Of a stretch of 64,000 bases of DNA, positions 36,963 to 46,824 are shown piece by piece. The notes beneath the pieces are model-generated. The model had not been told where the DNA came from and did no database searches. It saw only the letters and a list, made by a program, of their open reading frames with translations. The position numbers and the translations under genes were made by a program. Source of the stretch: Candidatus Dormibacteria bacterium (GTDB taxonomy: Bacteria; Chloroflexota; Dormibacteria; Aeolococcales; Bog-877); assembly GCA_050734135.1 (NCBI GenBank), contig JBOHUG010000039.1:4134-68133 (forward strand), written 5' to 3'. Each line of letters opens with the position of its first letter. Positions within the stretch are counted from its first letter, which is position 1.

Positions 36963-37952
36963 ATGACCACTGACCTGATCCTGGTCGCCCTGGCGCTGGG
37001 ATTCTGCGCCAGCATCGGCGCTCACTACACCGGAGCCTGCATGGGGATGCCACACGCCCTGGGTCTGGTGAGCTCGCGCCGTGCCCTTTGGATGATGGCG
37101 CCGCTCGCCTTCCTCGGCGCGGCTCTAGCCACCCACTCGGTGGAGGAGCGAGTGGGGTCGGGCTTGCTGGTGCACCGCTTGACGACTACCGGTGAGATCC
37201 TGGTGGTGGGTCTGGCATTCGGGCTCACCATCGGGTACAACCGGCTCAGGATCCCCACCTCCACCATTCAGCTACTGGTTTTTTCCTTGGTGGGAGTCGC
37301 ACTCGGCTCGCATTCCGGTGTCCGCTGGCCAGCGATCGGCAGCCTGGTCTTGCTCTGGGTCCTGGCTCCCCTGGTCGCGGTCGGGCTCGGGTTTCTCTCG
37401 ACCCACCTCCTGGACTGGCTGCGCGATCTCAGCTCACTTTCGTTCAGCGCTCGCGCTCCCCAACTCTGGCGCCTCGGCGGTTCGGCACTGGTCCTGATTG
37501 GCTTGGCGGCCTCCTTTGCCATGGGAGCCAACGACGTCGCCAATGCGACCGGCGCTCTGGTCGGAGCTCGGTTGCTGGCGGCGACCCCGGCCGGGGTGCT
37601 CGGCGGGTTGGGTCTGGCGGCCGGAGTGCTGATCTGGGGCAAGCCACTACTGGGACGGGTGGCCTTCGCCATCGTCCGCGTCGATCAGACGATGGCGGCG
37701 GCCGCCCAGTTGGTGCAGGCGGCCGTGGTGCTCGCTGCGGTGAGTGTCGGCTACTTCACCTCACTCAATCAGGCGCTGGTCGGGGCGATGGCCGGTGCTG
37801 GCCTCGCCCGGGACCGGGAGACGGTCCAGCGGACGGTGCTGCTCGGAATTCTGCGCGGGTGGCTCGCCGGTCCCGCTTCGGGTCTGCTCCTGGGCTTCGG
37901 ATTCAGCTCCGCGCTGCTGGCCGTCTTCGGCGGTCGGCTCCTAGGCACCTAG
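36963..37952 (+). CDS. pit: inorganic phosphate transporter, PiT family
   Basis: Multi-TM protein with duplicated GANDVANA motif. Start MTTDLILVALA. Confidence 0.75.
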   Translation: MTTDLILVALALGFCASIGAHYTGACMGMPHALGLVSSRRALWMMAPLAFLGAALATHSVEERVGSGLLVHRLTTTGEILVVGLAFGLTIGYNRLRIPTSTIQLLVFSLVGVALGSHSGVRWPAIGSLVLLWVLAPLVAVGLGFLSTHLLDWLRDLSSLSFSARAPQLWRLGGSALVLIGLAASFAMGANDVANATGALVGARLLAATPAGVLGGLGLAAGVLIWGKPLLGRVAFAIVRVDQTMAAAAQLVQAAVVLAAVSVGYFTSLNQALVGAMAGAGLARDRETVQRTVLLGILRGWLAGPASGLLLGFGFSSALLAVFGGRLLGT

Positions 37953-37961
37953 AAAAAGTGA

Positions 37962-37992
37962 GGGCGGGGTTAACCTGGTGGTCACCCCGCCC
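37962..37992. terminator. GC-rich hairpin between convergent pit and groEL (putative bidirectional terminator)
   Basis: GGGCGGGGT-13 nt-ACCCCGCCC. No U-tract, as is typical in high-GC genomes. Confidence 0.5.
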
Positions 37993-38025
37993 CGCGCCAA
38001 TCCAGCCCTGCGGCTAGTCAGATAC

Positions 38026-39633
38026 TCAGTAGTCGGGCATCGCGGGAGCCGGTGCTCCCTTCTTCTCGGGGATGTCCGTGATCAGAGATTCGGTGGTCAG
38101 CAGCAACCCGGCGATCGAGGCCGCATTCTGCACCGCCGAGCGGGTCACTTTGGTGGGGTCGATGATCCCCGCCTTGACCATGTCCACGAACTTACCGGTT
38201 GCCGCGTCGTAGCCCTGCCCTACGGGAAGGCTACGGACTCGCTCCACAATCACCGAGCCCTCGGCGCCGGCATTGTTCGCGATCTGGCGTGCAGGCTCCT
38301 CGAGCGACCGCCGCACGATGGTCACCCCGATCTGCTCGTCGCCCTGCAGCTTGACCTTATCCAAGGCGGTCTGGGCCAGTAGCAACACAGTGCCACCTCC
38401 GGGAACGATCCCCTCCTCGACCGCGGCGCGGGTGGCCGACACGGCGTCTTCCATCCGGTGCTTGCGCTCTTTGAGCTCGGTTTCGGTGGCCGCACCTACC
38501 TTGATCACCGCCACCCCGCCGGCCAGCTTGGCCAAGCGCTCCTGGAGCTTCTCCTTGTCCCAGTCGCTGGTGGACTTATCGATCTCAGCCTTGATCTGCT
38601 CGATCCGGCCCTTGATCGCCTCGCTCTTGCCGGCACCCTCGACTAGGGTGGTGTCGTCCTTGGTCACCTTTACCCGGCGGGCGTGGCCCAGCTGGTCCAG
38701 TTGCACCGAGTCCAACTTCAGACCCAGCTCCTCGCTGATCACAGTGCCCCCGGTGAGCACCGAGATGTCCTGGAGCATCGCCTTGCGGCGGTCGCCGAAG
38801 CCCGGGGCCTTGACGGCAACCGCGGTGAAGATTCCGCGGATCTTGTTGACGATCAGGGTGGCCAGCGCTTCGCCATCCACGTCCTCGGCGATGATCAGAA
38901 GTGGCTTGCCGCTTTGGTGGATCTTCTCCACCACCGGCAGTAGATCGGCGATCGCCGAGATCTTCCGATCGGTGATCAGGATGTAGGGGTCCTCCAAGAC
39001 CGCCTCCATGGCCTGAGCGTTGGTGACCAGGTAGGCGCTGATGTAGCCCTTGTCGAACTGCATCCCCTCGACCAGGTCCAGTTCGGTCTCGATCCCCTTC
39101 GACTCCTCGACGGTGATCACGCCATCCTTGCCGACCTTCTCCATCGCGTCGGCCACCGTCTCGCCGATCGCCGGGTCAGCGGCGGAGATGGAAGCCACCT
39201 GGGCGATCTTCTCGCGCTCGCTGATCGGCACGGAGTGCTTTTTGATCTCCTCGACCACCGCGTCGACGGCCTTCTGGATGCCGGCCTTGACCTGCACCGG
39301 ATTGGCTCCGTGAGCCACGTGGCGCAGCCCCTCGTTGATCATCGCGGAGGCCAAGACCGTAGCGGTCGTGGTGCCGTCCCCGGCGATGTCATTAGTCTTG
39401 CTCGCCACCTCCTTGACCAGCTGCGCGCCCATGTTCTCGAAGGGGTCTTCGAGTTCGATCTCCTTGGCGATCGTCACGCCGTCGTTGGTGATCGTGGGGC
39501 TGCCGAATTTCTTGTCCAGAACCACGTTGCGGCCCTTGGGCCCGATCGTGATTCGGACCGCGTCCGCGACCTTGTCGACTCCGCGCTTTAGGGCCGACTG
39601 GGCCTCTGTGTCGAATAGCAGTTGTTTGGGCAT
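38026..39633 (-). CDS. groEL: chaperonin GroEL (60 kDa)
   Basis: 535 aa, full-length Cpn60 ([12 protein letters not shown] etc.). No groES adjacent, so a GroEL2-type standalone copy. Confidence 0.95.
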   Translation of the reverse strand: MPKQLLFDTEAQSALKRGVDKVADAVRITIGPKGRNVVLDKKFGSPTITNDGVTIAKEIELEDPFENMGAQLVKEVASKTNDIAGDGTTTATVLASAMINEGLRHVAHGANPVQVKAGIQKAVDAVVEEIKKHSVPISEREKIAQVASISAADPAIGETVADAMEKVGKDGVITVEESKGIETELDLVEGMQFDKGYISAYLVTNAQAMEAVLEDPYILITDRKISAIADLLPVVEKIHQSGKPLLIIAEDVDGEALATLIVNKIRGIFTAVAVKAPGFGDRRKAMLQDISVLTGGTVISEELGLKLDSVQLDQLGHARRVKVTKDDTTLVEGAGKSEAIKGRIEQIKAEIDKSTSDWDKEKLQERLAKLAGGVAVIKVGAATETELKERKHRMEDAVSATRAAVEEGIVPGGGTVLLLAQTALDKVKLQGDEQIGVTIVRRSLEEPARQIANNAGAEGSVIVERVRSLPVGQGYDAATGKFVDMVKAGIIDPTKVTRSAVQNAASIAGLLLTTESLITDIPEKKGAPAPAMPDY

Positions 39634-39726
39634 TCGTCTCTCCTGTTGTCCCCATCCAGACAGCTGAGGTTGCGCCGCTCATGTTAGCACTCAGGCCCCC
39701 CGAGTGCTAGCAGCCCCCTGGGCCAA

Positions 39727-40602
39727 GTGCCAGGGTTCAAGACGCCCTCGCTCCCTCGCCGCGATCATGGGTGGATGGCAGGTGAGAGCAGTTCGGCCGG
39801 GAGACTCTTCCAGCCCGCCTCGGAACCGGTTGCGGTCGATCAGGTGCGGAGTTTCCTGCTGGCGCAGGGGTGGGCGGGTCTAGCCGCCGGGGAGCACCTA
39901 CGGCGGCTGGAGGCGGCCGGGGAGGCACCTAATCGCGTGCTCTGGTGGGTTCCCGGGCGAGCTGGCGAAGTTCGGGCAGCAGCGCTGCTGCACGAGGGGC
40001 TCCTCGGGATTCTGATTTCCTCCGGGGAGGAGGGATCGGCGGCGCTCGAGCTGCTCCGGGTCAACCGGGCGTCCATCGACCGAATCTCAGTGATGGATGG
40101 GCCGGTGCCGTACTCCGGGTTGGACGAGTTTACCCAGTACCGGCGTGAGCTCGCGGTCGCTACCAGGCTGCGATTCCCGACCGGCGACCTGCCCCCCACC
40201 CGGCTGGCCCGCAGTAGCGACGGAGAACAGCTCTTTCGGGTCTATCAGCACGTCAGCTGGATGAGCAAGGAGAGTCCTCAGGCTTGGCGGGAGCGAATTC
40301 AGGTGCAGCGGAGCTGGGTGGCGGAGCTGGAAGGCCAGGTGGTGGCGGCGGCCCGCTGGACGATGTCGTTCGGGCAGTGGGTGGAGGTCGGCGGGGTGGC
40401 GACCCATCCCGACTTCCGGCACCGGCAGGCTGGGTCGGCGGTCACCAGGGCGGCGGCGGCGGCGGCACTCGCCGAGGGACGTCAGGTGGTCCTTCGCTAC
40501 GGCGACCCCGCGCTGGCCAGCCTCTACCACCCACTCGGTTTCGAGCATGTCGGGCGGGAGATGGTGTTCTATCGGAAGAGCCGAGCCGAGCCAGACGTAT
40601 GA
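39727..40602 (+). CDS. GNAT-family N-acetyltransferase (putative)
   Basis: C-terminal acetyl-CoA-binding-like VEVGGVATHPDFRHRQAGSAVTRAAAAAAL. Confidence 0.55.
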   Translation: MPGFKTPSLPRRDHGWMAGESSSAGRLFQPASEPVAVDQVRSFLLAQGWAGLAAGEHLRRLEAAGEAPNRVLWWVPGRAGEVRAAALLHEGLLGILISSGEEGSAALELLRVNRASIDRISVMDGPVPYSGLDEFTQYRRELAVATRLRFPTGDLPPTRLARSSDGEQLFRVYQHVSWMSKESPQAWRERIQVQRSWVAELEGQVVAAARWTMSFGQWVEVGGVATHPDFRHRQAGSAVTRAAAAAALAEGRQVVLRYGDPALASLYHPLGFEHVGREMVFYRKSRAEPDV

Positions 40603-40610
40603 TCGCCAGA

Positions 40611-41788
40611 TGCCGGACCTAAAGTCGGTGCTGGCCTGGTCAGCGGTCGCGGCCGGGGTGGCCATCGCGGCGGAACGGCGGCTCTCCAAGTCTCTGGCAG
40701 ACCCGGAGGCGCCCGTGCTCGACTGGGAACTGGTACGGCGGACCGCCTACTCGCGTTGTGGCGGCGACGGCATGGCTGACGTGGAGGCGGCCGGCCGGGA
40801 CTATGACCCGCTGGTGGCCGAACTGGTCCCGATGCTGGCGGAGGCCTGCAACACCAGCCCCCAGGCGGCGACGTTCGGCCGGGTTCGCGTGGTCGGTCGG
40901 CACGGCTTCATCGACCAGAACCTGGCCATGATGCGGCGGATGCTGCGCCCTATTGAGGAGCGCCAGGGCGGCTGGGGAGCCATGCGTCCAAGCCCATTGA
41001 TGAGGGTTCCCAGCAGTCTCTACGTGGGCACCCTGCTTGGCTTCATGGCCCGGAGGGTGCTCGGCCAGTACGACCCGGTGCTTTCGGTGCCCTTTTCGGA
41101 CGGTAACCCGAGTGACCAGGATGAGGAATTGCCGGCTCCGGCGCTGATGATCGTGGAGCCCAACGTCCGCCACTTTTCCGAATCCTCGGAGCTGCCGCTC
41201 AATTCGCTTCGGCGGTGGCTGATGCTGCACGAGCTAACCCACGCCTGGCAGTTCGAGCTCCATCCCTGGCTCCGGGAATACCTAGGCTCGATGGTGGGTG
41301 AGCTGAGCCGGGCCCCTGGAGCCGGCAAGGGGCGGGGCCTGGAGGATCTGCTGCAAACGGCCCGCAGCATCCGGCCCCAGTTGATGCTGGTCGGAAAGGT
41401 GCAGGCGGTGATGACGGTCCTAGAGGGCCACGGAAACTACGTGATGCGTGAGGCCGGTCGGCGCCACTTCCCGGACTTCGACACCCTAGACGACGCCTTC
41501 CGTCGCCGCCACGATCCGCCGCAGGCGGCCGAGCGGCTCCTTCTCTGGATCTCGGGAGTCGCCTTCAAGCTGCAGCAGTATCAGCAGGGCGAGCGCTTCC
41601 TGAGGGAGGTCCGGAAGGCGGCTGGCCAGGCTGGCCTCGACCGCATTTGGTCCGGGCCGGAAAGTCTCCCTGGATGGACCGAGGTTCGCCACCCCGAGCA
41701 GTGGTTGCGCCGCACCGGCTTCATTCCCGTCGGCTCTGAGTCCGGGTCCGCGCCGGGACCAACCCAGCCGCAACCCGCCCCCGCCTAG
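40611..41788 (+). CDS. zinc-dependent metalloprotease (actinobacterial HExxH family)
   Basis: LMLHELTHAWQFE HExxH motif. Start at MPDLKSV. The upstream part of the track ORF overlaps the GNAT gene. Confidence 0.7.
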
Positions 41789-41940
41789 CTCGCGTCTACG
41801 GTCCGGGGCCCGGTTCGCCGCTGCCAGGGAGCAATTCCCGACCGGCGCGGCTACACTTCGCAAGTGAAACGTCCGGTGCGGGCTCTCGGCGGCGCGTACT
41901 GCTCGCTGGTCCGGCCGGCCGCACCAGTGGAGCATGTCCC

Positions 41941-43545
41941 ATGAAGTCTCCCCACCGTCGGTCCAGATCATCCTCGCCGGCCGCCGCGCTTAGGGCTGAG
42001 CTAGAGCGAGTGCGTCGGACCCTGCGCGACCTGGCCGACTCGGGACTGCAGAATCTCCAGCCGGTCCTGGTCCCAGTCCCGTTTCAGGGGCCGGCACAGT
42101 TCGGCTACGGCACGCCGCCGTCGGCCAGCAGCGTGCACCTGGCGTTCGGACGCAAGAAAGACAGCAAGGACGACGAGGATGGCGACGACTCGCTGTCGGA
42201 AGATAGCTCGGGGGCCGATTCCGATCCGGATCCGGAACAGCTACCACCCATCCCGTCGGCGCTGGGAGCCGCTGGCCTGAACCCCGAACCCGACGAGGAG
42301 GCCGCGACCGAAGACGAGGTCGGCGCCTGGCGACCGCTCGACTCGAGAGGGGAGGAGGACACCACCCGGGAATCGCCTGCCCCAGCTGCGGGCGAGCCCG
42401 TTGAGTCCGATCTACCTGCCTGGAGCACCCGCAGCTTCCAAGTTCCGGAATCCCCAAGTTCAGCCGATACCGGGCTCGGGCAGGAGCCCGCTCCGTGGGG
42501 CTCGGCGGGAACCGATGACGAGCCGGCAACGTTCACTCCGGCGGTGGTGGACCCCAAGGATGACCACCCCGACAATCTGGCCTGGCTCCAGTCTGGCTCC
42601 TCAGGGGAGACCGCTCCCTGGGCGGTCCAATCTGAACCTCCGGCCGAGGAGGTTCAGACGGCGGCAGTTTCCGATCCCGAACCGGTAGCGGAGCTGGACG
42701 AGATCGAGGAAATCGACGAGGTCGACGAAATCGAACCGGAAACCCCCCAGGAGGAAGAAGCGCTGGGCACAGGATCCGAAGGTCTGGACAGCTTCTCCGA
42801 GGTTCTCACCGGAGCCGATGAACCGTGGACGAGCCCGACCACTGTGCTTGAGGAGGCGGTCATCTATCAGCCGGCCCAGGAGGTCTCGGTGGAGCCGAGC
42901 CCGGCCCAGGTGTCGGCGCTCCAGACCCGCTCTTTCCCGCTGCCCGAGGGCGAGGTGGTATTCCGCAATCTGAGGGCTGGGTTTACCGATCCGGCCCGCC
43001 TCCTGCGCCACCTGGCTGGGGAAGGTCACACCGGGGTGCTCCACGTGCAGGGGGTCGACGGCAGCAACAGCTACGTGGTCCTGGTGGACGGGTACGTGGT
43101 GGCGGTAGCCAGCGACCGCCAGGGGAATATCACCACCACCAATCGGATCTCCTTCCCCAACTTCCCCAACAGCCAGGACACCATTAACGTGATCACCTAT
43201 TCGCGCCAGATTGCGCGCGGACTGGGGTTGGTACTGCATGCCCCGCTCCGGTTCGCCGGGCTGGGGGCGATGTTCGTCAACTTGGAGGGCCTGCGCAGCT
43301 ACCTCAGCAAGTACTCGAGCAGCGGCGGCCTGATCGTGCATGCCCAGGACGGCATCGGGGTCGCCCTCTTCGAAGACGGCAAGCTCGTCGGTGCCTACGC
43401 CAACGGCAATGCCCCGACCTCAGACCTGGGGCAGCTACGAGACCTCGTCAAGGACCTGGAGGCCGAGATCGACGTTCGCTTTGGCGGTCCCCAGGACTTG
43501 GAACCGACGCCGCTGGACACCCTGCTGTCCGGCCATCCCTTGTGA
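41941..43545 (+). CDS. hypothetical protein with acidic low-complexity centre and C-terminal globular domain
   Basis: Basic N-terminus, D/E/P-rich ~250-aa centre and C-terminal ~200 aa predicted to be folded. No family confidently recognised. Confidence 0.55.
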   Translation: MKSPHRRSRSSSPAAALRAELERVRRTLRDLADSGLQNLQPVLVPVPFQGPAQFGYGTPPSASSVHLAFGRKKDSKDDEDGDDSLSEDSSGADSDPDPEQLPPIPSALGAAGLNPEPDEEAATEDEVGAWRPLDSRGEEDTTRESPAPAAGEPVESDLPAWSTRSFQVPESPSSADTGLGQEPAPWGSAGTDDEPATFTPAVVDPKDDHPDNLAWLQSGSSGETAPWAVQSEPPAEEVQTAAVSDPEPVAELDEIEEIDEVDEIEPETPQEEEALGTGSEGLDSFSEVLTGADEPWTSPTTVLEEAVIYQPAQEVSVEPSPAQVSALQTRSFPLPEGEVVFRNLRAGFTDPARLLRHLAGEGHTGVLHVQGVDGSNSYVVLVDGYVVAVASDRQGNITTTNRISFPNFPNSQDTINVITYSRQIARGLGLVLHAPLRFAGLGAMFVNLEGLRSYLSKYSSSGGLIVHAQDGIGVALFEDGKLVGAYANGNAPTSDLGQLRDLVKDLEAEIDVRFGGPQDLEPTPLDTLLSGHPL

Positions 43546-44345
43546 CCGGAGGCTCGGGCCAAGCCGAGGGGGACAATCTCACCGACAGCCAGCGCCAGTT
43601 CTCTCAGGTAGCGGAAGCCTACCGCCAGAGCCCGACCCACGCCGACCCCGTCTCACTGGCCCGCTTTCTGACCCTGGCTGAGCTGCGGCCCAACCACCGG
43701 GTCCTGGACGTGGCGACCGGCACCGGGAACGTCGCCCTGGCGGCGGCACCCCGGGTGTCCGAGGTGGTCGGGTTGGACATCACCGCCCAGATGCTGGCAC
43801 ACGCCAAGGCGCTCGCGGCTGAGCGGGAGATCCGCAACGTCACCTTCCTGCGCGGCGACGCCGAGCAGCTTCCGTTCCCAGGTGGCAGCTTCGACCGGGT
43901 CCTGGTCCGCTCCGCGCCACATCACTTCAAGCAGCTGATCCCAGCTCTCAGTGAGGCCTACCGAGTGCTGCGGCCAGGAGGAGTGTTCGCGGTCAGCGAC
44001 TGTTCGCCGCCGCCCGTGGTCCGCGACTGGCTGGAGGTTGTGGAGATCGGCCGAGACCCATCCCACGTCCGGAGCCGGGCACTTGAGGAGTGGCGGGCAC
44101 TGCTCAGTTCCCTGGGTTTCACCGTCGAGCATGCCGAGCGCATCGAACAGGAGAAGGACATCCTGGCGTGGTTCGCTCTGGCAAAGCTGCCAGACAAGCG
44201 CCAGCGCCGGCTCCTCGACTACTACGAGTCAGCCCCGCAGGCGGTACGCGGACAGCTGCTGGCCCAGTGGCGCGAAGGCCGGCTGTACCACCGCTACTGG
44301 CACGCCCTGATCCGGGCCAGGCGGCCGATCCAGCCGCTCAGCTGA
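43542..44345 (+). CDS. class I SAM-dependent methyltransferase (UbiE/COQ5-like)
   Basis: VLDVATGTGNVAL motif I and type-11 MTase fold. ATGA-type overlap with the upstream gene. Confidence 0.8.
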   Translation: MTGGSGQAEGDNLTDSQRQFSQVAEAYRQSPTHADPVSLARFLTLAELRPNHRVLDVATGTGNVALAAAPRVSEVVGLDITAQMLAHAKALAAEREIRNVTFLRGDAEQLPFPGGSFDRVLVRSAPHHFKQLIPALSEAYRVLRPGGVFAVSDCSPPPVVRDWLEVVEIGRDPSHVRSRALEEWRALLSSLGFTVEHAERIEQEKDILAWFALAKLPDKRQRRLLDYYESAPQAVRGQLLAQWREGRLYHRYWHALIRARRPIQPLS

Positions 44346-44371
44346 TCCAAGGGGTGGGGTAGGCTTGACTC

Positions 44372-44746
44372 GTGGCTGATCCGGTCGATCTGAGCGGAGT
44401 ACACCGTGAGCTCGACTCGATCAAACGAGCAGTCTGCCACTGCCAGCTACGGGGCGAGTGCCTCGGCTGCAAGGGCATTGAGATGGTCCGGCAGCAGATG
44501 GAGGCTGTGGTGGCAGCAGCCTCGCAGCCGGTGCTGCTTCAGGTGGCGAACGAAGCGGCCGCCAAGGACATGCTGAACCAGTTCTCCCAGATGCAGGAGC
44601 GGCTGATGGACGATCCCCAGATGCAGCAGGCCGCCGAGGCGGTCCGGCAGCGGCTGATGGACGACCCCGAGGCCCGTCGGATGATTGAGGACTTGATGCA
44701 GCGCCTGGGACAGGGTGAGGAGCCGGGGAAGGGTCAGCCTGAGTGA
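44372..44746 (+). CDS. hypothetical protein with CHC..C..C motif and RLMDDP helical repeats
   Basis: 124 aa, GC3-biased. Overlaps the CitE start. Confidence 0.45.
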   Translation: MADPVDLSGVHRELDSIKRAVCHCQLRGECLGCKGIEMVRQQMEAVVAAASQPVLLQVANEAAAKDMLNQFSQMQERLMDDPQMQQAAEAVRQRLMDDPEARRMIEDLMQRLGQGEEPGKGQPE

Positions 44747-45642
44747 AGCGCTCGCGGGGCTCGGTCCTGGTGCTGCCCGGGAGCAGCCGGCGGATGGCCG
44801 AGAAGGCGACCACATTGGCCGCGGCCGAGGTGGTCCTCGACTTGGAGGACGCCGTCCCCAGCGATCCCGGCGAGAAAGAGCGGGCTCGGGCGCTAGTGGT
44901 GGAGAACCTAAAGGAACTCGATTTCGGCGGCAGGTCGGTCGCGGTGCGGATCAACTGTGTCGGCAGCCCTCATGCGCTCCGCGACGTGCTGGCGCTGGTG
45001 CCTCGGGTGGCCGACCGGATCTCCTGTCTGGTGGTGCCCAAGGTCACCTCGGAAACCGAGGTAGCGTTCCTCGACCACCTGCTGACCGGTCTCGAGTCGG
45101 AGGGAGTGACTTCCAACCGGATGGGGCTGGAGCTCCAGATCGAAAACCCCGCTGGTCTCGAATCGGTGGAGAGGATCGCCGCCGCCGCTTCCCGGACTGA
45201 GGCAATGATCTTCGGTCCGGGAGACTTCGCGGCCGCTATGGGAATGCCCCAGCTGACGATCGGACAGGACACCGCTGCCTACCCCGGTGATATTTGGCAC
45301 TACGCTCTATTTCGGATCGCGGTCGCGGCCAAGGCCAACGGGCTGCAGGCAATCGACGGCCCGTGCTCCGACATCGCCGACCTGGAGCTGCTGGAACGCT
45401 CCTCCCTGAAGGCGGCCCAGCTGGGCTACGACGGCAAGTGGGTGATCCACCCCTCCCAGCTGGAGACGGTGAACCGCGCCTTCAGCCCCGACCCCGAGCA
45501 GATCCGTCGGGCCGAACAGATCCTCGCCGCTCTTGAGGATCACGGCGGTGCCTCCAGGGTCGGCGAGGAGATGGTGGACGAAGCACATGGTCGGATGGCC
45601 CGCGAGGTGCTGCTGCGGGCCCACCGGCAGGTGCCTGATTGA
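44743..45642 (+). CDS. HpcH/HpaI aldolase / citrate lyase beta subunit-like (CitE family)
   Basis: VLDLEDAV...ERARA motif characteristic of CitE / malyl-CoA lyase-like enzymes. Confidence 0.75.
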   Translation: MKRSRGSVLVLPGSSRRMAEKATTLAAAEVVLDLEDAVPSDPGEKERARALVVENLKELDFGGRSVAVRINCVGSPHALRDVLALVPRVADRISCLVVPKVTSETEVAFLDHLLTGLESEGVTSNRMGLELQIENPAGLESVERIAAAASRTEAMIFGPGDFAAAMGMPQLTIGQDTAAYPGDIWHYALFRIAVAAKANGLQAIDGPCSDIADLELLERSSLKAAQLGYDGKWVIHPSQLETVNRAFSPDPEQIRRAEQILAALEDHGGASRVGEEMVDEAHGRMAREVLLRAHRQVPD

Positions 45643-45685
45643 GCTGCCCTTGAGCACGTCGGGCTCCGACCGCGGGCCGGCCAAG

Positions 45686-46807
45686 ATGGCTACCCGGGTG
45701 GTTCACGCCGGCAACGGCCCCGAAGGCGAGAGCCAGGCGCTGGTCCCTCCCTTGTCGATGTCGGTGGTGTTCCAGCACGGCAACTCGCGCGGCTACTCCT
45801 ATGGACGGGACCACAACGAGAACTGGGAGCGCCTCGAGGGAGCGCTCACAGAACTCGAGGACGGCTGCGGCGCGGTTGCCTTCGGATCGGGGATGGCCGC
45901 GATCTCCGCCCTGGTCGAGAGCTGCGGCATCGGCCGCAAGGTCGTGGTGGCGCAGGACGCCTACATCGGGACCCGGGAGTTGCTCCGCCACCTGGCCGAG
46001 GTGGGGCAGTGCCGGACCGAGTGGGTGGACGCCACCGACCTGGAATCGGTTCGGCGCGCCTGTCAGGGAGCGGCCCTGCTGATGATCGAGTCATTGGGCA
46101 ATCCGCTGCTCACGGTGACCGACATCCAGAGCTGTGCCGCCGTGGCTCGCGAGGCGGGCGCGATCACGGTGGTAGACAACACTTTCACCACTCCACTTTT
46201 GGTGCGCCCGCTGCGCTTAGGTGCCGATGCGGTTGTGCACTCGGTATCCAAATACCTCGGCGGGCACAGTGACCTGATGCTAGGGATGACCATCACAAAC
46301 AGCAGCGATTTACTGCCAAAACTGCGATATCAGCGAACCAACTCCGGAGCCATCCCCGGTCAGCTTGAGACCTGGTTGGCGCTCCGAGGCCTGCGTACCC
46401 TCGATGTGCGTCTGCGGCGCCAGATTGCCACCGCCGCGGCTCTGGCGGTGCGCTTGCAGAAGACACCGGGAGTTCTGCGAGTGCACTACCCGGGGCTGGT
46501 TGAGCATCCGCAGCATGAGCTGGCGACCCGTCAGATGTCCGGCGGGTTTGGCGGCATGCTCTCAGTTGAGCTGGACTGTGATGCGGAGACCGCGGAGCAG
46601 GTTTGTACGGCCACCAAAGTCTGGACCAATTCGACCAGTCTGGGGTCGGTCGAGTCACTGCTGGAGCGCCGGGCCCGCTGGGCCGGTGATGAGTACCTGC
46701 CAGCGGCCCTAATCCGGCTCTCAGTTGGGGTTGAGGACGAGGAGGATTTGTTCCAGGATCTAATCCAGGCACTGGCAGTCGCCGGACTCGCATGGTCGGC
46801 GAACTAG
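45686..46807 (+). CDS. cystathionine gamma-synthase / PLP-dependent trans-sulfuration enzyme (MetB/MetC/MetZ family)
   Basis: Cys/Met-metabolism PLP fold with the lysine motif VHSVSKYLGGHSD. Start at MATRVVHAG. Confidence 0.8.
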   Translation: MATRVVHAGNGPEGESQALVPPLSMSVVFQHGNSRGYSYGRDHNENWERLEGALTELEDGCGAVAFGSGMAAISALVESCGIGRKVVVAQDAYIGTRELLRHLAEVGQCRTEWVDATDLESVRRACQGAALLMIESLGNPLLTVTDIQSCAAVAREAGAITVVDNTFTTPLLVRPLRLGADAVVHSVSKYLGGHSDLMLGMTITNSSDLLPKLRYQRTNSGAIPGQLETWLALRGLRTLDVRLRRQIATAAALAVRLQKTPGVLRVHYPGLVEHPQHELATRQMSGGFGGMLSVELDCDAETAEQVCTATKVWTNSTSLGSVESLLERRARWAGDEYLPAALIRLSVGVEDEEDLFQDLIQALAVAGLAWSAN

Positions 46808-46824
46808 CCTGAGGTAGCGCCGAG

